Source: Myxococcota bacterium
GTDB lineage: Bacteria > Myxococcota_A > UBA9160 > SZUA-336
Assembly: GCA_035499075.1 (NCBI GenBank)
Contig: DATJZN010000056.1
Span: forward strand, 15,718-79,717
DNA length: 64,000 nucleotides
Reading direction: 5' to 3'
This document shows positions 33,964 to 43,856 of this stretch, piece after piece. The notes under the pieces are model-generated. The model was not told the DNA's origin and did not search any database. It saw nothing but the letters and a program-made list of their open reading frames with translations. Made by a program: the position numbers and the translations under genes. Within the stretch, counting starts at the first letter, position 1; each line of letters starts with the position of its first letter.

Positions 33964-36585
33964 TCACGAGCCCGGGGTGGGCGCGGCGGCGCGACCGCTC
34001 ACCCGGTCGAGCTCGTCCAGGAGGTCCTTGGCCGACTGGAAGCGGTCGGCCGGGGACTTCTGGAGGCAGCGCAGGATCAGCTTGGCCAGGCCCTCGGGGA
34101 GGTCGGCCTTGATGCTGCGCGGATCGGGCGGGGGCGTGTGCACGTGGTGGTACGGCACGTTGCCCTTCTGGAAGGGCAGCTCGCCGGTAGCCAGCTCGAA
34201 GAGCGTGACGCCCAGCGAGTAGATGTCGGTCCGGTGGTCGACGTCGCGACCCAGGGTCTGCTCGGGCGACATGTAGAAGGGCGTGCCCGAGATCATGGTC
34301 GTCGCGTTGCGCACCTCTTCCATGAGCTTCGCGAGGCCGAAGTCCATGATCTTCACGTGCTTCTCAGTCGTCCACATCGTGTTGGCGGTCTTGATGTCGC
34401 GGTGCACGACCTTGCGGCCGTGCGCGTACGCGAGCGCCGACGCCATCTGGCGCAGGATGTAGCTGGCCGCGTTCGCGGAGACGGCGCCGCGCTGGCGCAG
34501 GATTTCCTTCAGGGTCGTGCCCTCGACGAGCTCCATGGCCATGTAGAAGCCGTGCTCCGACTCGCCGGCGTCGTAGACGGTGACGATGTTCGGGTGGTTG
34601 AGCTGCGCCGCGGCCTTCGCCTCGCGCAGGAAGTTCTTCAGCGCGTTCGGATTGCCCCGCAGGCCCTCGGGTAGCACCTTGTACGCCACCTCGCGCTCGA
34701 GCACGGAGTCGCGCGCGAGATACACGACGCCCATGCCGCCGCGGCCCAGCTCGCGCACGATCTCGTAGCGCTTCTGCGTCGTCGGAATCTGCGTCGGGAC
34801 CGTCTGCGGCGGCGCCGTGTCGCCCGCCGGCTTCTTGCCGAGCTGCGCCTTGGTGCGCTCGAGGCACTCGCCCACGTCGCGATAGTGGTAGTCGAACGAG
34901 AGGATGCGCTCGTAGATGTCGACGGCGCCCGCGATGTCGCCCTTGCGCTCGTTCGCGCGCGCGAGCTCGTAGAACGCCTCGACGTTCGACTTGGTGAGCT
35001 GGTCCGAGCCCGCCGCCTCTTCGAATTTCTTGACGGAGAGGCTGTGCATGCCCTTGGCCTGGAACATGCGGCCCAGGATTGAGCAGGCCTCGCCGTAGCG
35101 GGCGTCGCCGGCGGGAATCTGCTGCAGCAGGCGGATCGCAGGATCGGTCTCGTTGAGCTCGGCGTAGAGCTTGCCCGCTTCGAAGGCACTGCCCGCCTTC
35201 TCGAGCATCTCGGCCTGCTTGTCCTTCTTGCCGACCTGGCCGTAGCAGATCGCGGCGTCGGCGAACTTCGCGCACGACGCGTACGCGTCGGCCGCGGGCT
35301 CGAGCTCCCCCGCCGCGCGGTACGCCTCGGCCGCGGCCGGGAAGTCCTGGGCGTTCGCGTACGCCGCGCCGGCCTCGGCGAAGCGGCCGAGCTTGCGGAA
35401 CAGATCGCCCGCCGCCGCGTGCTCGCCGGCCTTCACGAGGAACTCGACGGCCTCGGCGTCCTGGCCCTTGTCGCGCAGGAACTCGCCCTGCAGCCGCGCG
35501 GCGCCGACTTCGTCCCCCAGGCGTTCGAGCGCCTTGGCCGCGAGGTCGCCGCGGCGCACGCGCAGGAACAGCTCCGCCGCGCGTTTGTAGTTGCCCGTCT
35601 GGAACGCGACCTTCGCCGCCGGCCCGAACGACTCGGAGCGCACGAAGATGTTCTCGGCCTCTTCGAAGCGCTCGAGCTTCACCAGGATCTCGCCGGCCTT
35701 CTTGGCGATGCCGCGCATCTCCTTGGCCTTCTGGTCGCTCTTCGCGCCGGCCGTGCCGCCCTCCTCGTTGAACGCGTTGATGAGCGCCTCGGCCGCCTGC
35801 GCGTCGGCACCGGCCTTCAAGTAGGCCTGCGCGGCGTGGCGGTGGAAGCCGATCTTCTCGTAGCACTTGCCCGCCTCGCGGAAGTTCTCGGCGCGCTCGA
35901 ACATCTCTCCGGCGACCGAGAACTTGCCCGCAGCGAAGTAGCACTGCGCGGCCTCATCGTGGCGCTCGAGCTGCGCGAAGATCTTCCCGGCCTGCTCTTC
36001 CTTGCCGACCTTCTTGTAGAGCTCCGCCGCCTCGTCGAAGCGGTTCTGGTCGTAGCGGACCTCGGCGGCGCGCGCGAAGAGCTCGGCGTCCAGGAACAGG
36101 TCCGCCGCCTCGTCCTTCATGTTGTGGCCGAGCAGGTACTCGCCCGCCGCCTCGGCGCCCTTCTCCTCGCGGAGCTCCTCCGCCTTCTTGAGGTGCTTCT
36201 TGCCCTCTTTGCCCGACGGCGCGGCGACGGCCTCTTCCTCGGCCGCGTGCGCGCCCTTCTTGGCCTTCGCGGCCTCCGGCGCGGCCGCGGCGTCCTTCTT
36301 GGCGCCTTTGGCCGGCGCCGCCGACTTCCTCTTCCTCTTCCCGCCTCCGCCCGCGAGCGCGAACAGCACGAGCACGGCGGCGGCGCCGGCGACGTAGTGG
36401 GCGTCGGCGCGCAGGGTCTCGAGCTGAGCCATGACCGCCTTGCTGGCGGGCCCTGCCTTCGAGGCCTGCAGCTTCGCCTGCACCATCGCGGAGTCGCCCC
36501 CGTGCTGGAGCCACTCCCCCGCACCCCCGAGCAGGAGCAAGGGGATGGCCAGGAGAAACGCGAGAATCCGCAGGGCCGTGCGCAC
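33964..36585 (-). CDS. membrane-anchored Ser/Thr protein kinase with N-terminal TPR/Sel1-like repeat region and a C-terminal Hanks kinase domain
   Basis: Kinase motifs sit at the C-terminus: [27 protein letters not shown]. An N-terminal signal-anchor ([20 protein letters not shown]) is followed by about 560 aa of 19/38-aa A-, K- and E-rich repeats (...[37 protein letters not shown]...). The start is uncertain: GTG at 36583-36585, or ATG at 36484-36486. Confidence 0.8.
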   Translation of the reverse strand: MRTALRILAFLLAIPLLLLGGAGEWLQHGGDSAMVQAKLQASKAGPASKAVMAQLETLRADAHYVAGAAAVLVLFALAGGGGKRKRKSAAPAKGAKKDAAAAPEAAKAKKGAHAAEEEAVAAPSGKEGKKHLKKAEELREEKGAEAAGEYLLGHNMKDEAADLFLDAELFARAAEVRYDQNRFDEAAELYKKVGKEEQAGKIFAQLERHDEAAQCYFAAGKFSVAGEMFERAENFREAGKCYEKIGFHRHAAQAYLKAGADAQAAEALINAFNEEGGTAGAKSDQKAKEMRGIAKKAGEILVKLERFEEAENIFVRSESFGPAAKVAFQTGNYKRAAELFLRVRRGDLAAKALERLGDEVGAARLQGEFLRDKGQDAEAVEFLVKAGEHAAAGDLFRKLGRFAEAGAAYANAQDFPAAAEAYRAAGELEPAADAYASCAKFADAAICYGQVGKKDKQAEMLEKAGSAFEAGKLYAELNETDPAIRLLQQIPAGDARYGEACSILGRMFQAKGMHSLSVKKFEEAAGSDQLTKSNVEAFYELARANERKGDIAGAVDIYERILSFDYHYRDVGECLERTKAQLGKKPAGDTAPPQTVPTQIPTTQKRYEIVRELGRGGMGVVYLARDSVLEREVAYKVLPEGLRGNPNALKNFLREAKAAAQLNHPNIVTVYDAGESEHGFYMAMELVEGTTLKEILRQRGAVSANAASYILRQMASALAYAHGRKVVHRDIKTANTMWTTEKHVKIMDFGLAKLMEEVRNATTMISGTPFYMSPEQTLGRDVDHRTDIYSLGVTLFELATGELPFQKGNVPYHHVHTPPPDPRSIKADLPEGLAKLILRCLQKSPADRFQSAKDLLDELDRVSGRAAAPTPGS

Positions 36586-36652
36586 GAGCTTAGAAATCGA
36601 CCAGACGCCCTCTCTATTTGAGCGCCTGGCGCGAGTGACTCGTGTGTCTCGC

Positions 36653-37699
36653 CTAGAGCAGCTTGTCCTGGCGGCCCGGAGTGCCCGCGCGCGGCGTGGC
36701 CCCGAAGTGCCGGTACGCACGCTCCGTGGCGACGCGCCCGCGCGGCGTGCGGTCCAGGTAGCCCTCCTGGATCAGGAACGGCTCGTAGATGTCTTCGATG
36801 GTGCCGCGGTCCTCGCCGATCGCCGCGGCGAGCGTGTCCAGGCCGACGGGTCCGCCGCCGTACTTCTCGATCAGCGCGCGCAGGAGCTGGCGGTCCATGC
36901 GGTCGAAGCCCGCTTCGTCGACGTCGAGCCGGCCGAGCGCGAAGCGCGCGAGCTCGCCCGTGATCTCGCGCGCCCCGTCGACTTCGGCGAAGTCGCGCAC
37001 GCGCCGCAGCAAACGGTTCGCGACGCGCGGCGTGCCGCGCGAGCGGCCGGCGATCTCGTTCGCGCCCGCGGCGTCGAGCGCGAGGCCGAGGATGCGCGCG
37101 CTCCGCGCGAGGATCTTCACGAGGTCGCTCGCCGGGTAGTAGTCGAGACGCGCGATCACGCCGAAGCGGTCGCGCAGGGGCGACGTGAGCAGCCCGGCGC
37201 GCGTGGTCGCGCCGATCAGCGTGAAGCGCGGCAGGTCGATCTTCACCGTCTGCGCGCTCGGACCCTGCCCGATCACGAGGTCGAGCTTCCCGTCCTCCAT
37301 CGCGGGATAGAGGATCTCCTCGACGGCGGGTGCGAGCCGGTGGATCTCGTCGATGAACAGCACGCCGCCGGGCTCGAGGTTGGTGAGGATCGCCGCCAGG
37401 TCGCCCGCGCGCTCGATCACCGGCCCCGCGGTCACGCGGAGCGGCGCGCCCATCTCGCGCGCGATGACGTGCGCGAGCGCCGTCTTGCCCAGGCCGGGCG
37501 GCCCGTAGAACAGGGCGTGGTCGAGCGGCTCGCCGCGGTCGCGCGCCGCGCGGATGAACACGCGCAGGTTCTCGCGCAGCGCGTCCTGCCCGACGAACTC
37601 GTCGAGCGAGCTCGGGCGCAGCTTCTCGTCGACGCCGCGTTCGAGCTCGAGCGAGTCGCCGCGCAGCGGCTCGGCGCGGCGTTCATCCGCTCGCGGCAC
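36653..37699 (-). CDS. ruvB: Holliday junction branch migration ATPase RuvB
   Basis: ...[51 protein letters not shown]..., a AAA+ ATPase with a C-terminal winged helix. Confidence 0.95.
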   Translation of the reverse strand: MPRADERRAEPLRGDSLELERGVDEKLRPSSLDEFVGQDALRENLRVFIRAARDRGEPLDHALFYGPPGLGKTALAHVIAREMGAPLRVTAGPVIERAGDLAAILTNLEPGGVLFIDEIHRLAPAVEEILYPAMEDGKLDLVIGQGPSAQTVKIDLPRFTLIGATTRAGLLTSPLRDRFGVIARLDYYPASDLVKILARSARILGLALDAAGANEIAGRSRGTPRVANRLLRRVRDFAEVDGAREITGELARFALGRLDVDEAGFDRMDRQLLRALIEKYGGGPVGLDTLAAAIGEDRGTIEDIYEPFLIQEGYLDRTPRGRVATERAYRHFGATPRAGTPGRQDKLL

Positions 37700-38276
37700 G
37701 CAGGGCCTCCTTGATCAGCGCCTCGAGCGCGGGGGATTCGCCGAGCGTCTCGAGCGCGCGCTTCACCGCCTTCTCCGCGTGCGCGCGGGGGTACCCCAGG
37801 TTCACGAGCGCACTCTCCGCCGACGCCGCAGCGCCGTCGCTCGCGGACCCGGCGGCCGACGGCGCGAGCTCCAGCGCGCCGACGCGGTCGCGCAGCTCGA
37901 CGACCATGCGCTCGGCCGTCTTCTTGCCGACGCCGGGGATGCCGACGAGCGCGGCGAGGTCGCCCGAGCGCAGCGCTGCGACGAGTCGCTCGACGGGCAG
38001 CCCCGACAGGATCGCGAGCGCCAGCTTCGGCCCGACGCCGCTCGCGCCGAGCAGCAGCCGGAACAGCGTGCGCTCGAGGTCCGTCGCGAAGCCGAACAGC
38101 CAGAACGCGTCCTCGCGCACGTGCGTGTGCACGCGCAGGCGCACGAGCTTGCCCTCGTCGGGCAGCGCGAAGAACGTGGACAGCGGCACGCGCAGCTCGT
38201 AGCCGACGCCGTGCACGTCGAGCACCAGCAGCTCCGGCGTCTTCTCCGCGATCACGCCTTCGAGCTGCGCGATCAC
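37683..38276 (-). CDS. ruvA: Holliday junction DNA helicase RuvA
   Basis: [31 protein letters not shown]...[18 protein letters not shown]..., an OB-fold followed by HhH motifs. It overlaps ruvB by 17 nt. Confidence 0.9.
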   Translation of the reverse strand: MIAQLEGVIAEKTPELLVLDVHGVGYELRVPLSTFFALPDEGKLVRLRVHTHVREDAFWLFGFATDLERTLFRLLLGASGVGPKLALAILSGLPVERLVAALRSGDLAALVGIPGVGKKTAERMVVELRDRVGALELAPSAAGSASDGAAASAESALVNLGYPRAHAEKAVKRALETLGESPALEALIKEALRAASG

Positions 38277-38755
38277 GCGCGCGCTCCGGGCCGGCGCCGC
38301 GACAGTGCGTGGCAGATCGCCACGGCGAGCGCGTCGGCCTCGTCGCTCGCCGGCTCCATGGCGAGCCCGAGCAGCCGCTGCACCATCTTCATGACCTGGG
38401 ACTTCTCCGCGCGCCCGTAGCCGGTCACGGCGACCTTCACCTGCGCGGGCGTGTACTCGTCGGTGCCGAGGCCCGCGAACGCGCAGGCGGCGAGCGCCAC
38501 GCCGCGCGAGTGGCCGAGCACGAGCGCCGAGCGCGGATTCTTCGCGCTGAACACGGACTCGAGCGCCGCGGCGTCGGGCGCGAGCGCCGCGATCGCGCGC
38601 TCGAGCTCGCGCTGCAGATGGGCGAGCCGCTCGGCGAGCGTGTCGCCGCGCGTCCGAATCGTTCCGCTGCCCAGCCTGCGCAGCGAGCTGCCCTCGACCG
38701 CGACGACGCCGTAGCCCGTCGCGTTCGAGCCCGGGTCGATGCCCAAGACCCTCAC
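38273..38755 (-). CDS. ruvC: crossover junction endodeoxyribonuclease RuvC
   Basis: MRVLGIDPGSNATGYGVV...YTPAQVKVAVTGYGRAEKSQV..., an RNase H-like resolvase. Confidence 0.9.
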   Translation of the reverse strand: MRVLGIDPGSNATGYGVVAVEGSSLRRLGSGTIRTRGDTLAERLAHLQRELERAIAALAPDAAALESVFSAKNPRSALVLGHSRGVALAACAFAGLGTDEYTPAQVKVAVTGYGRAEKSQVMKMVQRLLGLAMEPASDEADALAVAICHALSRRRPGARA

Positions 38756-38795
38756 CCGACCCCCCAGTCAGAGAGACTGGTGCGAGTGTACCGGA

Positions 38796-39548
38796 TCAGG
38801 CTCCAGTTGCCGCCGTCATGTCCTCGTCGGAGATCTCGAAGTTCGCGAAGACCTCCGCGACGTCCTCGTGCTCGTCGAGGGCTTCGTAGAGCTTCAGCAT
38901 CTGCTGCGCGTTCGCGCCGGCGAGCTTCACGGTCGAGCTCGGCACCATGGCGAGCTTGGCGCTCGCGGCCGTGAGGGACTTGCTCTCGAGCGCCTCCTTC
39001 ACCGCGTTGAAGGCGTCGGGCGAGGTCTGCACCGTGATCGTCTCGAGGTCCTCGACGACGTCGCGCGCGTTGGCGTCGATCGCCGCCTCCATGAGCGCGT
39101 CGGCGTCGACGGCGGCGCGGTCGAACTCGAGCACGCCCATGCGCTCGAACATGAACGCGACGCAGCCCGTGGCGCCGAGGTTGCCGTTGAAGCGGCTGAA
39201 GATGTGGCGGATCTCGCCGCCGGTGCGGTTGCGATTGTCCGTCGTGGCCTCGACGATGACCGCCACGCCGCCCGGGCCGTAGCCCTCGTAGCGGATCTCC
39301 TCGAAGGCGTCGCCGCCGAGCTCGCCCGTGCCCTTCTTGATGGCGCGCTCGATGTTGTCCTTGGGCATGTTGACCGCGCGCGCCTTCTGGATGGCCAGGC
39401 GCAGACGCGGGTTCGCGTTCGGATCGCCGCCGGCGATGCCCGCGGCGATGGAGATCTCGCGGATCAGCTGCGTGAAGATCTTGCCGCGCTTGGCGTCAGC
39501 CGCGCCTTTCTTGCGCTTGATGGTCGCCCATTTCGAGTGACCGGACAT
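38796..39548 (-). CDS. yebC: YebC/PmpR-family DNA-binding transcriptional regulator
   Basis: MSGHSKWATIKRKKGAADAKRGKIFTQLIREI... is a YebC N-terminus. Start is the ATG at 39546-39548, with a GGAGG ribosome-binding site 9 nt upstream. The track's upstream 34 codons are leader. Confidence 0.9.
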   Translation of the reverse strand: MSGHSKWATIKRKKGAADAKRGKIFTQLIREISIAAGIAGGDPNANPRLRLAIQKARAVNMPKDNIERAIKKGTGELGGDAFEEIRYEGYGPGGVAVIVEATTDNRNRTGGEIRHIFSRFNGNLGATGCVAFMFERMGVLEFDRAAVDADALMEAAIDANARDVVEDLETITVQTSPDAFNAVKEALESKSLTAASAKLAMVPSSTVKLAGANAQQMLKLYEALDEHEDVAEVFANFEISDEDMTAATGA

Positions 39549-39685
39549 GTCGCGAGCCTCCTGCCCGAACGGCGGGGAGTCGGGATAACACCGTGCCCCC
39601 ACGGGGTCAATCGCTTCAGTCGGCTCGGGAAGCTTGCCGATGAAGTGCACGCACAGGAGCGTGGCCCGGACCGCGCAGGCGAGAG

Positions 39686-41608
39686 ATGAGCAAGGACGTC
39701 ACGATCGGCATCGACCTCGGCACGAGCAACTCGTGCGTGTGCGCGATGCTCGACGGCAAGCCGACCGTGCTCGCCAACAAGAAGGGCGAGCGCGTGATCG
39801 CGTCCGTCGTGGCCTTCCACGACGGCGGGAAGATCGAGGTCGGCAACGCGGCGAAGCAGCGCATCATCCTCGACCCCAAGCACACGGTGTCGTCGGCCAA
39901 GCGCCTGATCGGCCGCTACTTCTTCAGCGAGGAAGTCCGCAAGGCGCGCGCGGTCTGCAAGTACGAGATCGTCCCGGGCGAGAACCACGGCGTCCGCATC
40001 AAGATCCGCGAGGAGGAGTTCTCGCTGCCCGAGATCTCCGCGTTCGTGCTGAAGGAGATGAAGGCGATCGCCGAGGGCGCGCTCGGCCAACCCGTCTCGG
40101 GCGCGGTGATCACGGTTCCCGCGTACTTCAACGACAACCAGCGCCAGGCGACGAAAGACGCGGGGCGCATCGCCGGCCTCGACGTGCTGCGCATCCTGAA
40201 CGAGCCCACCGCCGCGGCGCTCTCGTACGGCTACGGCAAGGAGCTGCGCCAGAAGGTCGCCATCTACGACCTCGGCGGCGGCACGTTCGACGTCTCGATC
40301 CTCGAGATCGGCAAGGACGTGTTCGAGGTGCTCGCGACGTCGGGCGACACGTACCTCGGCGGCGACGACTTCGACGACCGCGTGATCGACCTGCTCGCCG
40401 ACCGCGTGCAGTCCGAGCACGGCGTGAACGTGCGCACCGACCCCTACGCGTTCGCCAAGCTGCGCATGGCGGCCGAGACCGCGAAGATCGAGCTGGCCGA
40501 GCACGAAGAGGCCAAGATCTCGATCCCCGACCTCGCCGAGCACGAAGGCAAGCAGATCGCGATCGAGTACACGCTCACGCGGAAGGAGTTCGACAAGCTC
40601 GTCCGCGACCTGATCCTGCGCACCTTCAAGGTGTGCGACGAGGCGCTGCAGCAGGCGAGCCTGACCACGCGCGACCTGAACGGCGTGATCCTCGTCGGCG
40701 GTCCGACGCGCCTGCCCTCGATCCGCAACGCGGTGCGCGACTACTTCCAGCGCGAGCCCGAGACCGACATCAACCCCGACGAGGTCGTCGCGATCGGCGC
40801 CGCGATCCACGCGGCCTCGCTCGCCTCGCCCGAGGCGGGCAGCTACCTGCTCGACGTCACGCCGCTGACGCTGCGCATGGGCATCGCGGGCGGGCTCAGC
40901 GAGCCGATCATCGAGCGCAACAGCCCCGTACCCATCGACCACACGCGGGTGTTCACGACGGTGCGCGACCGCCAGGAGGCCATCGCGGTGCGCATCTTCC
41001 AGGGCGAGTCGCGCCAGGCCGAGGGCAACACGCTGCTCGGCGAGTTCGAGTTCTCCGGCTTCGCACCCGGCCCGCGCGGCGAGGTGAAGATCGAGGTCAC
41101 GTTCTCGATCAACACCGAAGGCATCGTCAAGGTGCAGGCGCGCGACCCGAAGACGGGCGCCGAGGCGTCGACCACGGTGTCGATGTCGAGCGGCCTGTCG
41201 GAAGAGCAGATCCAGGCGATCATCGCGAAGGACCGCGCGTCCGACGTCGCCCCGAACTCCGCGCCCGCTCCGGCGGGCGGCCGCAAGGCCAAGGGCAAGG
41301 CCGACAACGCGCCGCTGCCGGTCGTCGAGCTCGAAGAGGTCGAGGACGGCCTGCTCGACATGCCGGCGCTCGAAGCCGACGTGCAGGAGCTCGCCGAGAA
41401 GCCCGACGCGGAGCAGCCGCTGTTCGGCAAGGTCGAGGGCGATCTCGGCGGCGAGGCGCAGGAGCCCATCCGCCCGGCCGGCGAGAGCAGCTTCGGCGGC
41501 GGCGATCCGTCGGAGCGCACGTTCGGCGGCGAATCGAACGAGATCGAGCTGCAAGAGGCCGACGTCGAGCCCGATGGCGACGACGACAAGGTCCTCGGCG
41601 ACGACTGA
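39686..41608 (+). CDS. Hsp70-family chaperone (atypical DnaK paralogue; HscA/HscC-like, acidic C-terminal tail, no EEVD)
   Basis: IGIDLGTSNSCV..., DLGGGTFDVSILE, ...VILVGGPTRLPSIRNAV...: actin-like ATPase motifs plus a substrate-binding beta-sandwich. The C-terminal ~120 aa are G/E/D-rich low complexity. Confidence 0.9.
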   Translation: MSKDVTIGIDLGTSNSCVCAMLDGKPTVLANKKGERVIASVVAFHDGGKIEVGNAAKQRIILDPKHTVSSAKRLIGRYFFSEEVRKARAVCKYEIVPGENHGVRIKIREEEFSLPEISAFVLKEMKAIAEGALGQPVSGAVITVPAYFNDNQRQATKDAGRIAGLDVLRILNEPTAAALSYGYGKELRQKVAIYDLGGGTFDVSILEIGKDVFEVLATSGDTYLGGDDFDDRVIDLLADRVQSEHGVNVRTDPYAFAKLRMAAETAKIELAEHEEAKISIPDLAEHEGKQIAIEYTLTRKEFDKLVRDLILRTFKVCDEALQQASLTTRDLNGVILVGGPTRLPSIRNAVRDYFQREPETDINPDEVVAIGAAIHAASLASPEAGSYLLDVTPLTLRMGIAGGLSEPIIERNSPVPIDHTRVFTTVRDRQEAIAVRIFQGESRQAEGNTLLGEFEFSGFAPGPRGEVKIEVTFSINTEGIVKVQARDPKTGAEASTTVSMSSGLSEEQIQAIIAKDRASDVAPNSAPAPAGGRKAKGKADNAPLPVVELEEVEDGLLDMPALEADVQELAEKPDAEQPLFGKVEGDLGGEAQEPIRPAGESSFGGGDPSERTFGGESNEIELQEADVEPDGDDDKVLGDD

Positions 41609-41617
41609 GCGCACAGC

Positions 41618-42160
41618 ATGGGCGAAACGGACCAGAGCCTGCAGGAGATCAAGGCGCTCGCGCGGGTCATCGACCGCGTCGACTACTACCGGCTGTTGAA
41701 GCTCGACCCGCGCGCGGATTCCGACGCCGTGCGCAGTGCGTACCACGACGCGCGCCGCCGCTTCCATCCCGACGCCTTCCTCGCGCAGCCCGACGACGTG
41801 CGCGACGCCGTGGACCGCATCGCGCGCCGCATCACCGAGGGCTACCTCGTGCTGCGCGACCGCACGCGCCGCGCGGCCTACGACTCCGCGCTGTCGACGG
41901 GCCAGATGCGCTACAACCCCGAGCTCGAGCAGGAGAAGCGCACCGAGGCCGAAGCCGCGCGCGGCTCCACGCCCAACGGCAAGCGCTACTTCGGCCTGCA
42001 CCAGGAAGCGGAGCGCGCGGGCGACATCGTCAAGTCGCACGCGCACCTCAAGACGGCGCTCACGTTCGAGCCGAAGAACGCGGCGTTCCGCACGAAGCTC
42101 GACGCGCTCGAAGCGCAGCTCAAGGCGGCGCGCAAGAAGGCGAAGAACCCGGGCGTTTGA
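41618..42160 (+). CDS. J-domain protein (DnaJ-like co-chaperone lacking the Zn-finger and C-terminal domains)
   Basis: DYYRLLKLDPRADSDAVRSAYHDARRRFHPDA is a J-domain with the HPD motif. It sits 9 nt downstream of the Hsp70 gene. 180 aa. Confidence 0.8.
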   Translation: MGETDQSLQEIKALARVIDRVDYYRLLKLDPRADSDAVRSAYHDARRRFHPDAFLAQPDDVRDAVDRIARRITEGYLVLRDRTRRAAYDSALSTGQMRYNPELEQEKRTEAEAARGSTPNGKRYFGLHQEAERAGDIVKSHAHLKTALTFEPKNAAFRTKLDALEAQLKAARKKAKNPGV

Positions 42161-42218
42161 CCCTGGCGATTCGGGTGGCGCAGAATCGTCTGCCGAACCC
42201 CTTCGTCGAGGTGCGTCC

Positions 42219-42659
42219 ATGTCCGAGGCTGCTGCCGCGGCTGCGAAGAAGCCGCTTCCGATCGTCCCCTTCCTGAAGATCCCCGAGAAGGGCGAGCCCT
42301 ATCTCGAAGGCGCGCGCTGCACCGCCTGCAAAGCCGTGTTCCTCGGCTCGCGCGACGTGTGCGCGTCGTGCGGAGCGCGCCGCCAGCTCGAGCCCACGAA
42401 GCTGTCGAACCGGGGCGAGCTCTACGTGTATTCCATCACGCACCGCTCGTTCCCGGGCATCGAGACGCCCTACGTGTCGGCAGTCGTCGATCTCGAGGGC
42501 GGCGGCACGGTGAAGGGCAACCTGATCGGCATCGATCCGGACCCGAAGCAGATCAAGATGGGCATGAAGGTCGAGGTGATCTACAAGATCGCCCCGCGCA
42601 AGGACCGCGAAGGCAACGAGTACCTGACTTACTACTTCCAGCCCGCCAAGAGCGCGTGA
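42219..42659 (+). CDS. DUF35-type Zn-ribbon / OB-fold protein (thiolase-associated)
   Basis: 146 aa starting at the ATG at 42219. A CxxC...CxxC rubredoxin-like knuckle (CTACKAV...CASCGAR) is followed by an OB fold (...GELYVYSITHRSF...GNLIGIDPDPKQIKMGMKVEV...). Confidence 0.8.
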   Translation: MSEAAAAAAKKPLPIVPFLKIPEKGEPYLEGARCTACKAVFLGSRDVCASCGARRQLEPTKLSNRGELYVYSITHRSFPGIETPYVSAVVDLEGGGTVKGNLIGIDPDPKQIKMGMKVEVIYKIAPRKDREGNEYLTYYFQPAKSA

Positions 42660-42676
42660 GCTGAGAGGAGAACGCC

Positions 42677-43825
42677 ATGGGCGACGTCTACATCCTCGGC
42701 ACGGACATGATCAAGTTCGGGAAGCTGTCGGATCGCTCGGTCCCGCAGCTCGGCGCGGAGGCGGCGCTGCTCGCGCTCGACGACGCCGGACTCACCATCC
42801 ACGACATGGAGGCACTCTACTGCGGCAACCTCATGCAGGCGAGCGGGATGGTCGGCCAGCGCGTGCTGCAGCAGATCGGCCAGACGGGGATCCCGGTCGT
42901 GAACTGCGCGAACGCGTGCGCGACCGGCGCCACGGCGTTCCGCGAAGGCTGGACCGCGATCAAGGCCGGCCTGTACGACCTCGTGCTCTGCGTCGGCGTG
43001 GAGCAGATGGCCGGCGCGGGCCTGCTCGGCGGGGGCGGCGGCGGCAAGGGCATCCCGACCGAGGGCCTGCTCGGCTCGGGCACGATGCCCGCCGTGTTCG
43101 CGGAAGCGGGCATGGAGCACTCGCGCAAGTACGGCACCACCTTCGAGCAGTTCGCGAAGGTGTCGGTGAAGAACCACTGGCACTCCACCATGAACCCCAA
43201 GGCGCGCTACCAGATCGAGACGCCGCTCGACGAGGTCATGAACGCCGAGATGATCTCGTACCCGAACACCAAGCTCATGTGCTCGGTGAACGTCGACGGC
43301 TCGGCCGCGGCGGTGCTCGCGTCGGAGAAGAAGGCGCGCGAGCTCGGCATGAAGCGGGCGGTGCGCGTGCGCGCGTCGGTGCTCACGAGCGACCGCTTCA
43401 CGCAGCGCGACCTCACCATGCCCGACGTCAACACGTGCACGCGCGAAGCCGCCAATAAGGCGTACGAGATGGCGGGCGTCGGTCCGAACGACATCAACCT
43501 GATCGAGCTGCACGACTGCTTCGCGACCGCCGAGATCCTGCATTACGAGAACCTCGGCATCTGCAAGGACGGCGAGGCCGGCCGCATGATCGACGAGAAG
43601 CAGACGTACCTCGGCGGGCGCATTCCCGTGAACGTTTCGGGCGGGCTCCTGTCCAAGGGACATCCCCTCGGGGCGACCGGGATCGCGAACATCTACGAGG
43701 TGACGACCCACCTCCGCGGCGAAGCTGGCAAACGCCAGGTTCAGAACGCGAGACTCGGGCTGACGCACGTGATCGGCCTCGGCTCGGCCTGCGGCGTCCA
43801 CGTGCTCGAAAAAGTGGCGAACTGA
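42677..43825 (+). CDS. thiolase-fold protein of the SCP-x / nonspecific lipid-transfer-protein thiolase type
   Basis: ...VVNCANACATGATAFREGWTAIKAGLYDLVL... carries the active-site Cys; ...NVSGGLLSKGHPLGATGIANIYEV... is the C-terminal His/Cys region. 382 aa. It sits immediately downstream of the DUF35 partner. Confidence 0.85.
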   Translation: MGDVYILGTDMIKFGKLSDRSVPQLGAEAALLALDDAGLTIHDMEALYCGNLMQASGMVGQRVLQQIGQTGIPVVNCANACATGATAFREGWTAIKAGLYDLVLCVGVEQMAGAGLLGGGGGGKGIPTEGLLGSGTMPAVFAEAGMEHSRKYGTTFEQFAKVSVKNHWHSTMNPKARYQIETPLDEVMNAEMISYPNTKLMCSVNVDGSAAAVLASEKKARELGMKRAVRVRASVLTSDRFTQRDLTMPDVNTCTREAANKAYEMAGVGPNDINLIELHDCFATAEILHYENLGICKDGEAGRMIDEKQTYLGGRIPVNVSGGLLSKGHPLGATGIANIYEVTTHLRGEAGKRQVQNARLGLTHVIGLGSACGVHVLEKVAN

Positions 43826-43856
43826 GCTCCAACGAGAAGAACGCGAGAGGAGTCCC

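Noticed and set aside
39549-39685. Looked for a CIRCE element or sigma-32-type heat-shock promoter in front of the Hsp70 gene
   Set aside because: No TTAGCACTC-N9-GAGTGCTAA. Only weak CCCCAC / CTTGCCG fragments, which are not convincing.
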